A DNA stretch of 64,000 nt, from assembly GCA_024679065.1 (NCBI GenBank), contig JAGIQG010000009.1, forward strand, positions 81,406,001 to 81,470,000, given 5' to 3'. The notes below the pieces were generated by a model that searched no databases, was not told where the DNA came from, and worked only from the letters and a program-made list of their open reading frames with translations. The position numbers and the translations under genes are program-made. Position 1 is the stretch's first letter; each line of letters begins with the position of its first letter. Below, piece by piece: positions 34,729 through 48,646 of this stretch. The DNA comes from Sphyrna mokarran (taxonomy: Eukaryota).

Positions 34729-37700
34729 TTCTGGATGATGTTGAGCTTTTTGAGTGTTGCTGGAGCTCTACTCATCCAGACAAGTGGATTTCCATCACAC
34801 TCCAGACTTGTGCCTTGTAGATGGTGGAGAGGCTTTGGAGATTCAGGATGTGTGTTACTTGCTCAGGATTCCTATCACTGACCTTCTCTTGTAGCCATAG
34901 TATTTATAGTCTGGTCCAGTTCAGTTTCTGATAAATCATAACCAACAGGATTTTACAGTGGGGGATTCAGCGATGGTAATGACATTGAATGTCAAGAGGA
35001 GATGTTAAAATTCTCTTTTGTTGGAGATGGTGATTCCATGGTACTGATGTGGCATGAATGTTACTGCTTCAATATCTGAGGAGTTGTGAATGGTGCTGAG
35101 CATTGTGCAATCATCAGTGAACATCCCCACTTCTGAAGGTCATTACTGAATCAGCTGAAGATGGTTGTGTCTCAGACACGACCCTGAGGAATTCCTGCAG
35201 TGATGTCCCAGGATAACTCCCTCCTGACTGTATCCCACTGTGCCTTTTGTGCTAGTGAACACGGTTCACCATTTTCTCCCGTCTCAGTAACAAACATCCA
35301 GCTGCTCTGAGCTCCTTCTTTCACTTCCTCTGTTGGTTACGTTTCAATCTTCCGATCTGACAGTCTTTGCAGTTATTTTTGACACTGGGGATTTGTGCTG
35401 TGGTCTGAATCTCTAACAATAACTGTCCAATCAGTGTAAAGAACAACAGCTCAGAGCAGTCAGGACTGAGGAGCCAGGCTCACTGGGAAACACATTGGGA
35501 AGATCAAAGCCATGGTCTTCAGCTCCCGATACAAACTCCATCCCTCCCCCCTGAGCACTGTCTGCTGCTCAACCACACTCTCTACAACATTGGCCTCAAC
35601 TTTAACCCTGATCTGACCTGCCCCAAATTCTCCACGTCACAAAGTTTACTCTGCTTGCTCGTTCCTCGGTCCAAACTGGATGTTTTCACACTCTCCAATT
35701 GAATTCCATCTGCCATTGTCTTCAGACCCCATCCAAACTCTGTTCACTCAACACTGATTCCATCCCTTCCCCTTTGGAGTGTCTGACACTGAACCACACA
35801 GTCCACAGCCATGGTGTCCTATTTGACCCTGAGATGGCTTTCCCACCACATCATCCACTCCATCACTAAGAACACCTATTTCCACCTGGGTAACATCTCC
35901 CGAGTCCTCCCTACCTCACATCATCTTCTGCTGAAAATCTCATCTGTATCTTTGTTATCCTCTGAACATTACTATTCCAATGCTGTCCTGGTCGATCTCA
36001 CACCTACCACCCTCTGTAATCATCAGCTCACCCAGAACTCACACCAAATCCCGTTCACCCATCACCCCCTGTTCTCACTGACCTACACTGATCCCCGCTC
36101 CAGCAATGCCCTGATTTTAACATTCTCATTCTGCCTCTCAAATCCCTCCCTATCCTGCACCCTCCCTATCTCTGTAACCTCCTCCAAGCTGCCTCATTTA
36201 GTGTGCTCAGTAATCTTGGGTATCTGATTCTCTATTCCTTCGTCCAAGTCATTGACAAATATAGTGAAAAACTGAGTCTTCAGCACAGTTCCCTGGGGAC
36301 ATCACTATTCACAGCTTGCTCATTGGACAACACACACATTATCCCTTCTCTCTATCTCCTATCTCCGAACCACTTCCTTATTCATGGCAAAAGCGTTCCT
36401 CAAATTCCACATGCTTCCATTTTTACTTACAGCCTCTCATGTGGAACCTTCCCAAGTATCTTCTGGAAATACAAAGAAATGGCATCCAGAACAATTATAA
36501 CCAGCTTAGTTGAACGACTGAATCTTTTAAAATTCGTGTTGACTCTTTCTGACCAGTTCCTGTTTCTCACTCGTTCTGTCTCTAATAAAACATTCCAGTC
36601 AGTTTTCTCACAACACACATTAAACTGAGCTGTTAGCTGTGAACGACTCTAGTAAAACAGCTAGTACAGACATGAGGGGCTGAATGGTCTCTTCCTGTGT
36701 TTTAGATCTATCTGACTCTTTGACTGAAACATCTGGATTGGAACAGGAGATGGGCTGGAGGTTAAAGAATGAGTTGAAGGTAGACAGAGTGTTATTAGTG
36801 GGTCATGTCCAATGTATAGTTTGTTCATTACTTCCTCGAAAAGATGTAGTCAAATTTTCTGAAAAACTAAGTGCCCATTGTGGCTGGAAAACAGGACATT
36901 TTCCCACCATTTTCTGGGCATATTTACTCAGTTGAATTTCCAGCACTTGGCGTTTTACAAATTCTGCCAGGGATTTACACCAGTGGATGAGGTTAATCCC
37001 ATCTGTGAGGCCAGGATCAACATTCCCTCATCCCTGCCTTGTGAAGTCATCCCCAATCTAATTCCCGACTCCCCCGATCACAGGCCCTGACACCCCCACC
37101 CCCATCTCACTTTCCCGAATCGACTGGCCTCCCAACCTCCCCGCCAGTCACCAGCCCCGACTCCCCACCCCCAACCCCATCCCTCTTTGCCCAGTTGCCA
37201 GCCCCCTTCAACAACCCTCTATCCAATCAACGATACCAACCCCCACCCCTACTCCCCTTCCCCAACCGAATGCCTTCCCAATGGCTCCCACCCCCTCATC
37301 CCCCCAGTTGTCGGCCCTCTCCCCGATCGCCAGCTTCCCAATGGCTTCCTCAATTAGAAGGTTCCTGCTGAACTCAGCATCAATTCTGCACCGCACCACC
37401 CCACCCCCACCCATCCCCCACCACCCTGAGCTTTTAAACAAACATCAGCGATGGAATTGTGGAGAGACACAGAAAGAAACTTTAGTAAAAGTCAAAACAG
37501 CTTTCCCGTCATCGTCATTGCTTGTGCACTTTGACCCGAAGCAAACCATTCGGAATCATTTGTGGCCTCGCCATACTTTGTGGGGGATGAAAACACAGTA
37601 GATGGACAGTTGGGAGTGAGGTTCAGTCAGATATAGAAGGAAAAGTCGGTGAGTCCAGCAGGCAGAGAAGACTTGGCGTTGATAAGGCACATGGGAGGAT

Positions 37701-37931
37701 TGGAAGGCAAAACAGCATCTATTTTAATACAAGGAGCCTGTCTGGGCAGGCAGATGAACTTAGAGAGTTGGTCAGCACGGAGAAATATGAGATTGTTGTA
37801 ATCACTGACATATGATTGAAAGAAAGACAGGACTGGAATCTCGACATTCCAGGATATAGAAGTTCCAGGCATGATGGTGGTGGAGATATAAGAGGGGATG
37901 TAAGAGATTAAACAGACCATCACTGCAATAA

Positions 37932-38568
37932 TAGAACATAGAATACAGAACACTACAGCACAAATAGGCCTTTTGGCCCGTATATTGTGCCGATCATATC
38001 TATACCTACCAGGCCATTTAACTATCTGTAACTCCCAATCCCATTAACTCCTATGTACTCACCCAGAAGTCTCTTAAAAGAGCCCAGTGAGTTTGCCTCT
38101 ACCACCGCTGACAGCAGCCGATTCCATTCACTCATCACCCTCTGAGTGAAAAACTTACCTCTAACATCTCCTCTGTACTTGGCCCCCCAGCACCTTAAAC
38201 CTGTATCCTCTCATAGCGACCATTTCAGCCCTGGGAAATAGCCTCCGAGAATCCACTCTATCCATTCCTATCAACATCTTATAAACCTCTATCAGGTCGC
38301 CTCTCAACCTTCGTCTCTCCAGGGAGAAGAGACTTAGCTCTCTCAACCTATCTTCATAAGGCATGTCCCCCAAACCAGGCAACATCCTTGTAAATCTCCT
38401 CTGCACCCTCTCAATAACTTCCACATCCTTCTTACAGTGAGGCGACCAGAACTGCAGACAATACTCCAAGTGGGGTCTGACAAGTGTCTTATAAAGTTGC
38501 AGCATTGCCTCCCGACTCCTAAACTCAATTCCTCTATTAATGAAGGCCAGTACACCATATGCCTTCTT
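37932..38568 (-). mobile_element. CR1 LINE 3-prime fragment nested in an older LINE
   Basis: KKAYGVLAFINRGIEF..RPHLEYC frame; tail at ~37932-37955. Confidence 0.88.
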
Positions 38569-38716
38569 GGATAATGAGGCAGGATATGTTGGAACGCTCT
38601 TCAAATATGGCCATATGGGTGGAGCTGAGAAATATAAAGAGCAATCATTGTATGGGATTATAGCACAGCCCTCCCAACACTCAGAGGGAGATAGAGGAGC
38701 AGATATGTAGGCAAAT

Positions 38717-41540
38717 ACAGACAAAGGTGGAGGAACTTGCAGCTTGGATCAGTACCTGGAACTTTGATGTTGTGGCCTTTTCAGAGACATGGATAGAGCA
38801 GGGACAGGAATGGTTGTTGCAGGTTCCAGGCTTCAAATGCTTCAGTCAGAGTACAGAAGGAGGTAGAAGGCGGGGAGGAGTGGCATTATTAGTCAAAGAC
38901 TGTATCTCAGTGACAGAAAGGAAGTTTGATGAGGACTTGTCTGTTGAGGTAGTATGGGCTGAGATTAGAAATAGGAGAGGAGAGGTCACCCTGTTGGGAG
39001 TCTTTTATAGACCTCCTAAAAGTTCTAGAGAGGTAGAGGAAAGGATTGCAAAGTCGATCCTGGACAGGAGTGAAAGTAATAGGGTAATTGTTATGGGGGA
39101 CTTTAACTTTACTAATATTGATTGGAGTAGCTATAGCTCTAGCTCGTTAGAGGGGTCAGTTTTTGTACAGAGTGTGCAGGAAGGCTTTTTGACTCAGTAT
39201 GTAGATAGGCCAACTAGAGGTGAGGCTACATTGGATTTGGTGCTGGGCAATGAGCCAGACCAGGTGTTAGACTTGGAAGTTGGTGAACATTTTGGTGATA
39301 GTGACCACAATTCGGTTATGTTCACCTTAGTGATGGATAGGGATAGGCATGAACCAGGGGGCAGTAGTTATAGCTGGGGGAATGGTAATTATGAGGCCAT
39401 AAGGAGGGAATTAGGGTGCATAGGTTGGACTAGGAAACTACAAGGACTGGGAACATCTGAAATGTGGAGCTTATTCAAGGAGCAGCTACTGCGAGTCCTT
39501 GATAAGTATGTCCCTGTCAGGCAAGGAGGAAATGGTCGAGTAAGGGAACCATGGTGTACTAGAAAAGTTAATTCACTGGTTAAAAGGAAAAAGGAGGCTT
39601 ATGTCAGGATGAGGCTTGAAGGCTCAGTTAGTGCAATGGAAAGTTATAGATTAGCCAGGAGGGAGCTAAAGAGTGAGTTGAGGAGAGCTAAAAGAGGACA
39701 CGAGAAGGCTTTGGCTGATAGGATCAAGGAGAATCCTAAAGCTTTCTTCAGATATGTTAAGAATAGAAGATTGGTTAGGGCAAGATTAGGGCCAGTCATA
39801 GACAGCAGTGGGAAGTTGTGCGTGGAGCCTGAAGAGATTGGAGAGGCACTGAATAAATATTTCTCTTCGGTATTCACGCAGGGTGATGTAAATGTAGTTG
39901 TGGAGAACACTGGGATACAGGGTTGCAAACTGGAAAGTATTGAAGTAGATCAGGAGAATGTGCTAGATATTCTTGAGGGTTTGAAGTTAGATAAGTCCCC
40001 TGGGCCGGACGGGGTTTACCCTAAGATTCTCTGGGAGGCGAGAGAGGCGATTGCAGAGCCTCTGGCTCTGATCTTCAGGTCGTCGTTGGTTACGGGTATA
40101 GTGCCGGAAGACTGGAGGATAGCGAATGTGGTCCCATTGTTCAAGAAGGGGAAGAGAGACTTTCCTGGGAATTATAGGCCGGTGAGTCTTACTTCTGTTG
40201 TGGGCAAAGTATTGGAGAGAATTATTAGCGATAGGATTTATAGTTATTTAGAGAGAAATGAATTGATTGGGGATAGTCAGCATGGTTTTGTGAAGGGTAG
40301 GTCGTGCCTTACTAACCTTATTGAGTTTTTTGAAAAAGTGACCAAAGAGGTGGATGGGGGTAAGGCAGTTGATGTGGTATATATGGACTTTAGTAAGGCG
40401 TTCGATGAGGTGGCCTATGGAAGGCTTCTGCAGAAAATGCAGATGTATGGGATTGAGGGTGATTTAGCTAATTGGATTAGGAATTGGCTAGTTGATAGAA
40501 GACAGAGGGTGGTGGTTGATGGAAGTTATTCATCGTGCAGTTCGGTTACTAGTGGTGTACCTCAGGGATCTGTTTTGGGGCCCCTGCTGTTTGTAATTTT
40601 TATAAATGATCTGGATGAGGGTATTGAAGGATGGATTAGTAAATTTGCGGATGACACCAAAGTCGGAGGAGTGGTAGATAGTGAAGAGGGGTGTTATAGT
40701 TTGCAGAGAGACTTGGACAAGTTGCAGAGCTGGGCCGAGAGGTGGCAAATGGAGTTTAATGCGGAAAAGTGTGAGGTAATTCACTTTGGCAGGAATAACA
40801 AATGTGTAGAGTATAGGGCTAATGGTAGGACTCTTAATAGTGTTGAAGAACAGAGGGATCTTGGTGTATATGTGCATAGATCCCTGAAAGTTGGCAATCA
40901 AGTCGATAAGGTTGTTAAGAAGGCATACGGAGTCTTAGCTTTTATTGGTAGGGGGATTGAATTTCGGAGCCGCAACGTCATGTTGCAACTGTACAAAACT
41001 CTAGTGCGGCCGCACTTGGAGTATTGTGTGCAGTTCTGGTCCCCGCATTATAAGAAAGATGTGGAGGCATTGGAGAGGGTACAGAGGAGGTTTACCAGGA
41101 TGTTGCCTGGTATGGAGGGCAGGTCTTATGAAGAGAGGCTGAGGGATTTGAGGTTGTTTTCGTTAGAAAGGAGGCGGCTAAGAGGAGACCTTATCGAAAC
41201 ATATAAGATGATTAGAGGTTTAGATAGGGTGGACAGTGATAGCCTTTTTCCTAGGATGGAGAAAGCTAGCACGAGGGGACATAGCTTTAAATTAAGGGGT
41301 GGTAGTTATAGGACGGATATCAGAGGTAGGTTCTTTACCCAGAGGGTGGTTAGGGTATGGCATGCCCTGCCTGCGGCAGTTGTAGATGCGCCAAGTTTGG
41401 TGGCATTTAAGAGGTTAGTGGATAAGTTTATGGACGAAAAGGGAATGGTTTAGGTTGGAGGGTCATTGCTTTTTCCTAATTGGTCGGCGCAACATCGAAG
41501 GCCGAAGGGCCTGTTCTGCGCTGTAATGTTCTATGTTCTA
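38717..41540 (+). mobile_element. Young CR1-clade LINE, near full-length ORF2 (APE endonuclease + reverse transcriptase, 38727-41453), 5-prime truncated
   Basis: 908-aa uninterrupted frame with EN motifs (SETW, GDFN, LDL, SDH) and RT motifs (GVPQGSVLGP, FADD); (TGTTCTA)n tail; nested inside an older LINE EN fragment that resumes at 41541. Confidence 0.95.
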
Positions 41541-41629
41541 AATCACAGAGAGAGGTGTGAGAGGAATAGGGATATAGTACTTGTGGATTTCAACCTCTCC
41601 AATATTCATAGAATCACCTCAGTGTGAAA

Positions 41630-41920
41630 GGGGTGGCACAGTGGTTAATGCTGCTGCCTCACAACACCTGGGGCCCAGGGTCAATTCCAGCATCGGGTTA
41701 CTGTCTGTGTGGAATTTGCATGTTCTCCCCATGTTTGTGTGAGTTTCCTCTGGGTGCTCTGGTTTCCTCCCATAGTCCAGTGATGTGCAGATAGGCTGAT
41801 TGGCCATGCTAAATTTCTCCTTATTTTCAGAGTGACTAACAAGGTCAAAACAAAGAACAAAGAACCAAACAGCACAGGAAACAGGCCCTTCGACCCAACG
41901 AGCCCGCGCCACCACTTCGA
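41630..41920 (+). mobile_element. tRNA-derived SINE (HE1-like); a similar partial copy lies at ~17335-17605
   Basis: GGTGGCACAGTGGTT start and the same SINE core. Confidence 0.7.
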
Positions 41921-42039
41921 TATTCCCACTTCTCCCCGTGATCCCTGTCATCCCTGTTTCTGTTGGATCAATTCTGTCCCATTGAATGGCAGATGGGATG
42001 GAGAGGCCAAATTCATTTTCTTTGAGGACTTTGTTAAAT

Positions 42040-44064
42040 GTTGACAAAATGAACTCACAAATTGACACAGAAAGCCGATGACATTGTTATCCACATAGTG
42101 AAAAATTTCACCAATATGTCTATGGGCGGCATTTCACCATCATGTCAGACCATAAGCCATTGTTGGAACGTTTCCAGGACATTAAGCCAGTGCCACCTAT
42201 TGCCTCTGCCAGGGTGCCGAGATGGGCATTGCTGCTGGCACTAAACAGCTAAACCTTCCAGCATAGGCCGGGAACACAGATCTCAAATGCAGATGCATTG
42301 AGCCGCCTGCCACTACCACACACCATACCATCACCGCCTGTTCCACAGGAGATAGTATTGACTCTGCACTATTTGGACACCCTGCTGTCTCAGCAGCCCA
42401 CATTCAGACATGGACAGTTAGGGAGCTGGTGTTAGCAAAGGGCAAGAAAATGGTACTGACCGGGTGGCACTTTGACAAGGCAGAGCAAATGAAGTTGTAT
42501 TTACATTGCAGGCACCAGATACCCTGTGAAGAGGGGGTGCAATTGTGGGAGAGGTCTGTGTCAGCATACAACCCCCTGGGCATGGCGACTGCTCCAAGAG
42601 TTACATGATGCCCATCCTGGCCAGAGCAGATTGAAAGTGTTGGCCAGAAGTTATGGTATTGACAGAGACATTGAACAAATGGTTGGGCAGTGTGAGAGTT
42701 GTCCGACTCAGGAAGTGTTACCTCCATCAGTGAACATGGTCCCTTGGTCACGCCTTCATGTAGGTTTTGGACAGATGTTCCTGGTGTTAGTCGACGCCCA
42801 TTCCAAGTGACTGGACGATCAGCTCATGAGACCCATCACATCCTCCATTTACCATCGATAAACTGTGGCAGATCTTTGTGATCCATGGTCTTCCTGAAGT
42901 GTTGCTATCAGACAACGGAGCAGCATTCACACTGATGAATTTCAGACTTTGGTCAAGTCTAATGACATTGGTCATGTCAGGCCAGCCCCCGACCATCCTG
43001 CCTCGAATGGTTCGGTGGAGCCATGCTGATGTTCAAGGCTCCACGTGAAGCAGGTTCATGGACCGCTGCCATTGTGATTGGCCAGTTATTTGCTGTCCTA
43101 CAACACTACACCTCACACTATCACTGGGGTCATGTCGGGGTCACACCCGCAGAGTTGTTAATGGGTCGGTGCCTGTGTACCTGTTTAGATTTATTGTTCC
43201 CAAATTTGTTGGGGAGGATGGAGGCTCAGCGAACCTCTCAGAAAGGGTATCGTGACTCTCAGAAAGGGGACAGATTGTTTAATGATGGCGATCTCATGTT
43301 GAGAGGGAATTTGGATGGTGGACCCAGTTGTGGAGAAGACAGGACCAGTCTCGTATTTGGGGGAGACACAGGGCTGTGGAGTTAAGGAACATATTGGTTA
43401 CCTATGCAAGAGACTAGAGCAAGCTCCAGGAGATGAGCAATTCGGCCCCGTAACTAGTTTGTGTGTACCAGCCTCTGAACAAGACAATTCCATGTCCATC
43501 GTGTGGCCAAGGCAGTGTCTGGCTTGGGTGGGTGAGGCAGAGAAAAGGAGCTGCCCAAGGCCTAGCTCCAGAGATGGTTAGCCCATCCATCCCATCAGTG
43601 GATCCTGTATCGATGGCTGCTGAAGTGCCCCTGATAGAGTTGCAGCGTTCCGCAAGGTTCCAGAAATCTCTGGACCAGCTGACATGATGAACTGTCTTTC
43701 CCTGGTGTCCCTCCTGTAATATTGTTGTTTCTCTGCCTGTGTGTTAACTGTTGTACTTTTTGTTTGATCACAGGGAGTCCAAGATGTTCCAGGGGAAGGA
43801 GTGTGTGAACCTGGCCCCTTTCAGGGGCAATCCTTCACAGGCCACATGACCAGACCGGAGCCAATGGACTGTGAGGATGTGAACCTGGGCCAATCGGGAG
43901 TGAGGGTGATCATTCCTGGGACTGGAGGCTTCAGTTGGAGTCAGGATGTTGTTGGTAATAGATTTGTCTGTTTGTGTTGTTAAACCCTTCATTGGAAATA
44001 CTTCTTCTCATCAATAAAGCCTTTAGTAAGTTATTTCCAAATCCAGTCTCCTCCACTTATTACA
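42040..44064 (+). mobile_element. Decayed Gypsy-like LTR retrotransposon: RNase H/integrase remnants, polypurine tract 43791-43801, 3-prime LTR ~43802-44064 (RT remnant ~37435-37600)
   Basis: Integrase-type peptides ELHDAHPG, PWSRLHV, LVDAHSK, SDNG, HPASNG; PPT AGGGGAAGGAG followed by TG...AATAAA...ACA. Confidence 0.8.
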
Positions 44065-44702
44065 ATCAGCATCTCTACCACTTTGGATAGCAACAGTCTC
44101 TCAGAACATCAAATACACACACTAACTATTCAACTCCAACAGTTTCACCAGCTGCTGTCACCCTCCCTACTTCCCTCCATTTATTCTGCATTCTCACCAT
44201 CTCCCCTCGATTTCTCACTGAATCCTCCACTTTCCTGCTCTTTCCTGTGTCCAGGTTCACCTGCCCCCTTCCCCTTGGGATTGTTCCATTGCTTTGTTCC
44301 AGAAACTTTCTGGTTGTGATCAGGCTTCTCTCCACTGCAACCCGAGACATTCGGTCTGGGCTCGTGTCGATGTTTAACATTCTGTCCCACCTTGGACTGA
44401 ATACATAACCAGTGAGGGTCCGACCCACACGATGAGAGTTTGTCACCGTAAAGGAGTCAGGGATCCCGAATGCTGCCATATAACCTGTGCGTGATAATTA
44501 TTCACTGGATTTAGTTGAGTTACATAATATTGGATGTTGTTTTGAAAGAAAGGGAAATCTTAATGTTCAGCAAACAGAGATGATTGAGAGGAAAGGGGGA
44601 GCTTCGTGTAATAGTGAGTGTGTCTAGCTCTCAGTTCATGCATATGGTTAAATGCATTGTTGTGTATCATAGAGTTTGTGTGTTTTGTTTCCTTTTAAAA
44701 TG

Positions 44703-45578
44703 TTGTGGATAGTCTGGAGGGATGTCTGAAGTTGCAGCGAGACATAGATAGGATGCAAGACTGGGCGGAGAAGTGGCAGATGGACTTCAACGTGGATAAA
44801 TGTGTGGTGGTCCATTTTGGCAGGACCAATGGGATGAACGAGTACAATATCAAGGGTAGGAGTCTTGGCAGTGTTGACGAGCAGAAGGATCTTGGGGTCC
44901 AGGTGCATAGGTCTGTTAAATCTACCCTGCAAGTGGAGGATGTGGTCAAGAAGGCATATGGTGTACTGGCCTTCATTAATAGAGGAATTGAGTTTAGGAG
45001 TCGGGAGGTAATGCTGCAACTTTATAAGACACTTGTCAGACCCCACTTGGAGTATTGTGTGCAGTTGTGGTCACCTCACTAGAAGAAGGATGTGCAAGTT
45101 ATTGAAAGGGTGCAGAGGAGATTTACAAGGATGTTGCATGGATTGGGGGGTATGCTTTATGAAGATAGGTTGAGAGAGCTCTTTTCCCTGGAGAGACGAA
45201 GGTTGAGAGGCGACCTGATAGAGGTTTATAAGATGTTGAGAGGAATAGATAGAGTGGATTCTTGGAGGCTATTTCCCAGTGCTGAAACGGTCGCTACGAG
45301 AGGACACAGGTTTAAGGTGCTGGGGGGCAAGTACAGAGGAGATGTTAGAGGTAAGTTTTTCACTCAGAGGCTGATGAGTGAATGGAATCGGTTCCTGTCA
45401 ATGGTGGTAGAGGCGAAATCGCTGGGGTCTTTTAAGAGACTTCTGGAAGAGTACATGGGATTTAATGGGATTGGGAGTTATAGATAATTCTATGGCCTGG
45501 GAAGTATAGATATGATCAGCTCAACTTATGGGCCGAAGGGCCTGTTTGTGCTGTAGTGTTCTATGTTCTATGTTCTAT
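44703..45578 (+). mobile_element. CR1 LINE 3-prime fragment; the tail of a paralogous copy forms bases 1-137 of the window
   Basis: RT C-terminal frames 44705-45487; 45437-45578 matches 1-137. Confidence 0.9.
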
Positions 45579-48500
45579 GAATGAATATTCTGTATTAATT
45601 GTTCACACAAAGACTGGACTATTTCTCCCTGGTTCACACACTTTTCTCACAGGATACTAAAGTGAAAATCTACAGCACTGAGAACCAGTGTTCCATGTTC
45701 CCATTCTGAGCTTTGAGATCCTTTCACATTTAACATCAGTGTGGGTCTTAACACCTCAAACAACATTCTATTCTCTCAAAAGTAACTCTGGAGATTGTTG
45801 CTGGTCGTTTTAAAATGATTCCAGATCTGAATAGTTTTATTGTTGAGCTGCCTTTTTTTAACCCTGCTACAAATTGCATCCATCAAACCTTTGGCTTTAT
45901 ATTTTGGGAATAGACATTTGGATTTGTGTCAATTGTTGTCAAACCTTCTACAATAAACGTTTCCTGTTGAGAACATTTTCAGGACCCAAACCTGAAACCT
46001 TTAAACTTTGTCAGAATTATAATTTCCCCAATCAAAATTAAAACTCCCTCTTCCTGATGTGTGTGGCTTCGTATCCAGATCGAAAGTCCCACATGTTTAT
46101 TAACACATATTCTTTATCTTCGATAACATCTTTGTATCTCAAAGGTCACTTGCTGAAAGGTCAGATTCTTATTGAACAGTGTGTCCATATCAGATCTCCG
46201 GTCCCCAAGTAGAAAATAACAGTGGTCCTGAAGGGGTTAAATCATTTTCCACAGAATCCCTAACGTGCAGAAGGAGTCCATTTGGCCCATCGAATCTACA
46301 CCATCAACAATCCCATCCCACGTCCTATCCCTATGACCCCACACATTTACCTCACTAATCTCTCTAACCTCCACATCCTGGGACACGAAGGGGCAATTTA
46401 GCATGGCCAATCAACCTAACCCACATATCTTTGACTGTGGAAGGAATCCGGAGCACCCAAAGAAAATCCACGCAGACACGGGGAGAATGTGCAAATTCCA
46501 CAGTGATCCAAACCGGGAAATCAAGCCCAGGTCCTTAGAGCTGTTAGACAGCAGTGTTAACCACTGGACCACTTGGTTCTATACCATGACCATGGTGTGG
46601 GAATAAAAATCTTCTTAATGTTGCTGGCAATGTTGTTCCATTTGTGATACTCTGGAAATAAAAACACAAAGTCCATTCTGCTCGAGGGGGGAATGGATTC
46701 AGCAATCTGAAAGTTTAAGCTGTTGTTGCACAGAGTTCACTCTGGGCCCGATCTTACCAATCGGAGCTTAAGGGCCGGATGCGGGCGGAATATGTATCCG
46801 AGCCTGGAATTGTCAGTGCAGCGAGCCCATAGGCTTCTTATAGATATTTTGAAATATTTTCCCAAAGACTGTCAGATTGGAAGATTGAAATGTAACCAAC
46901 AGAGGAAGTGAAAGAAGCAGCCGAATATTTGTTACTGAGACGGGAACAATTATCTGAACAACATTCAACTTTCAGACTCAAAAGAAATAAAAACACTAGC
47001 AGTGGAGGGGGTGGGAGGAATCTTGGAGACTGACACCGACAGGAACAATCTAAACAGCTGAAACTCCCATTTCCTCAGTCCCTGCCCGTCACTGCTCAGG
47101 AACTCCCCGAGGGGAACCCTCTCGCTCTGTCACTCTCTCTCTCTCTCTTTCTCGCTGCCTCTCTCTCTGCTTCTGTCTTTCTCTCCTCTCTCTCACTCTC
47201 CCTCCTGGATGAAAGCTTAAATACCTGGCAGCAAATTGTTTCATTTTCATCTTTCTAATTATTTGAAAAATTCACTGAGTGACATTTTGAGTCCCCAATC
47301 TAAATTTTTCCCTCTCACTCACTGCACCTGACACCAGGAAATGGTCAATACCGTTTTACTGTACCAGTTCGAGCAGCTGGATGTTTGTTACTGAGACGGG
47401 AGGAAACGGTGAACCGTGTTCACTACCTCCAATCTCCCAGCACAGAAGGCACAGTGGGATACAGTCAGGAGGGAGTTATCCTGGGAATCCTCAACAACAT
47501 TCCAGACTCCATGTAGTCTCTCGGTACCATGTCAAACACAGACAAGGAAACCTCCTCTGGTTACCACATACCGTCCCCCCTTCAGCTGATGAACCAGTTC
47601 TCCTCCATGTTGAACACCACTTGGAGGAAGCACTGAGGGTGGGAAGGACACAGAATGTACTCTGGGTGGGGAATTCAATGTCCATCACCAAGAGTTACTC
47701 CTTGTGGTTCACCTGGATGTTGCCTGGTATGGAGGGTCTTAGCTATGAGGAGAGATTGGGTAAACTGGGCTTGTTCTCCCTGGAATGATGGAGAATGAGG
47801 GGAGATCTAATCAAGGTGTAGAAAATTATGAAGGGTATAGATAAGGTGAACAGTGGGAAGCTAAGTGGGAACAGAGGGCATTTAAACACAAAATTGTAAA
47901 TTATGTTTATATCTTTATATGCCCTGTTTGTGAATACAATTCCCACTCGCCTGATGAAGGGTCAGTGCTCCGAAAGCGAGTGGTTTGTGCTACTAAATAA
48001 ACCTGTTGGACTTTAACCGGGTGGTGTGAGACTTCTTACTGTGTCATTGATTGACAGTCCAAGCAACCAATCAGGACAATCACTTGGTGAAATGCAGCCA
48101 ATCAGCTGATGGGGAGGTGGGACATTTCCAAAGCACTCACCAGACATATACTGAATATTCTTAATGTTTATTACCTTTTACACATTGACATTGACAGAAA
48201 AAAGACTTGAATAAAAAGCCCAGCCAGAGGAAGCTGGAGAAATTCATAGGGAGAATGGGGATTTATTAAAACAATTGTGGAGATTTTCTCAATAGCATGA
48301 GATTCCTGTCCCTTTAAACAGTGACTAAAGCTTCAATTGTAACTGCAGGGTGAGCAGGAAGGAGGTCTGGTTCACTGAAGCAGATACTTCAGAGGGTCAC
48401 ATTATTTTTGTACAGCTGACAGTCTTCAGCATTCCCAATAAAGGAACAGCACGGGGTTAATACAGAGTAAAGCTCCGTCTACAATATCCCAACAATGTTC

Positions 48501-48646
48501 ATTAACCCCTGACCCTCAGAAGTGTCCCAGACCCAGACCCAGGAAGGAAGAGAATTGTAATTCAATGCTGACAGTGACCTTTACCCTTCCAGCTCACCCC
48601 TGTTCTATTCCAAGTTGTGCCTCCTCTGTGGACTGTCTCTAACACT

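Noticed and set aside
37085-37430. C-rich tract as an Ig switch-like or G-quadruplex element
   Set aside because: Irregular low-complexity sequence more than 7 kb from V and next to transposon remnants; no periodic switch-type repeats, and light chains do not class-switch.
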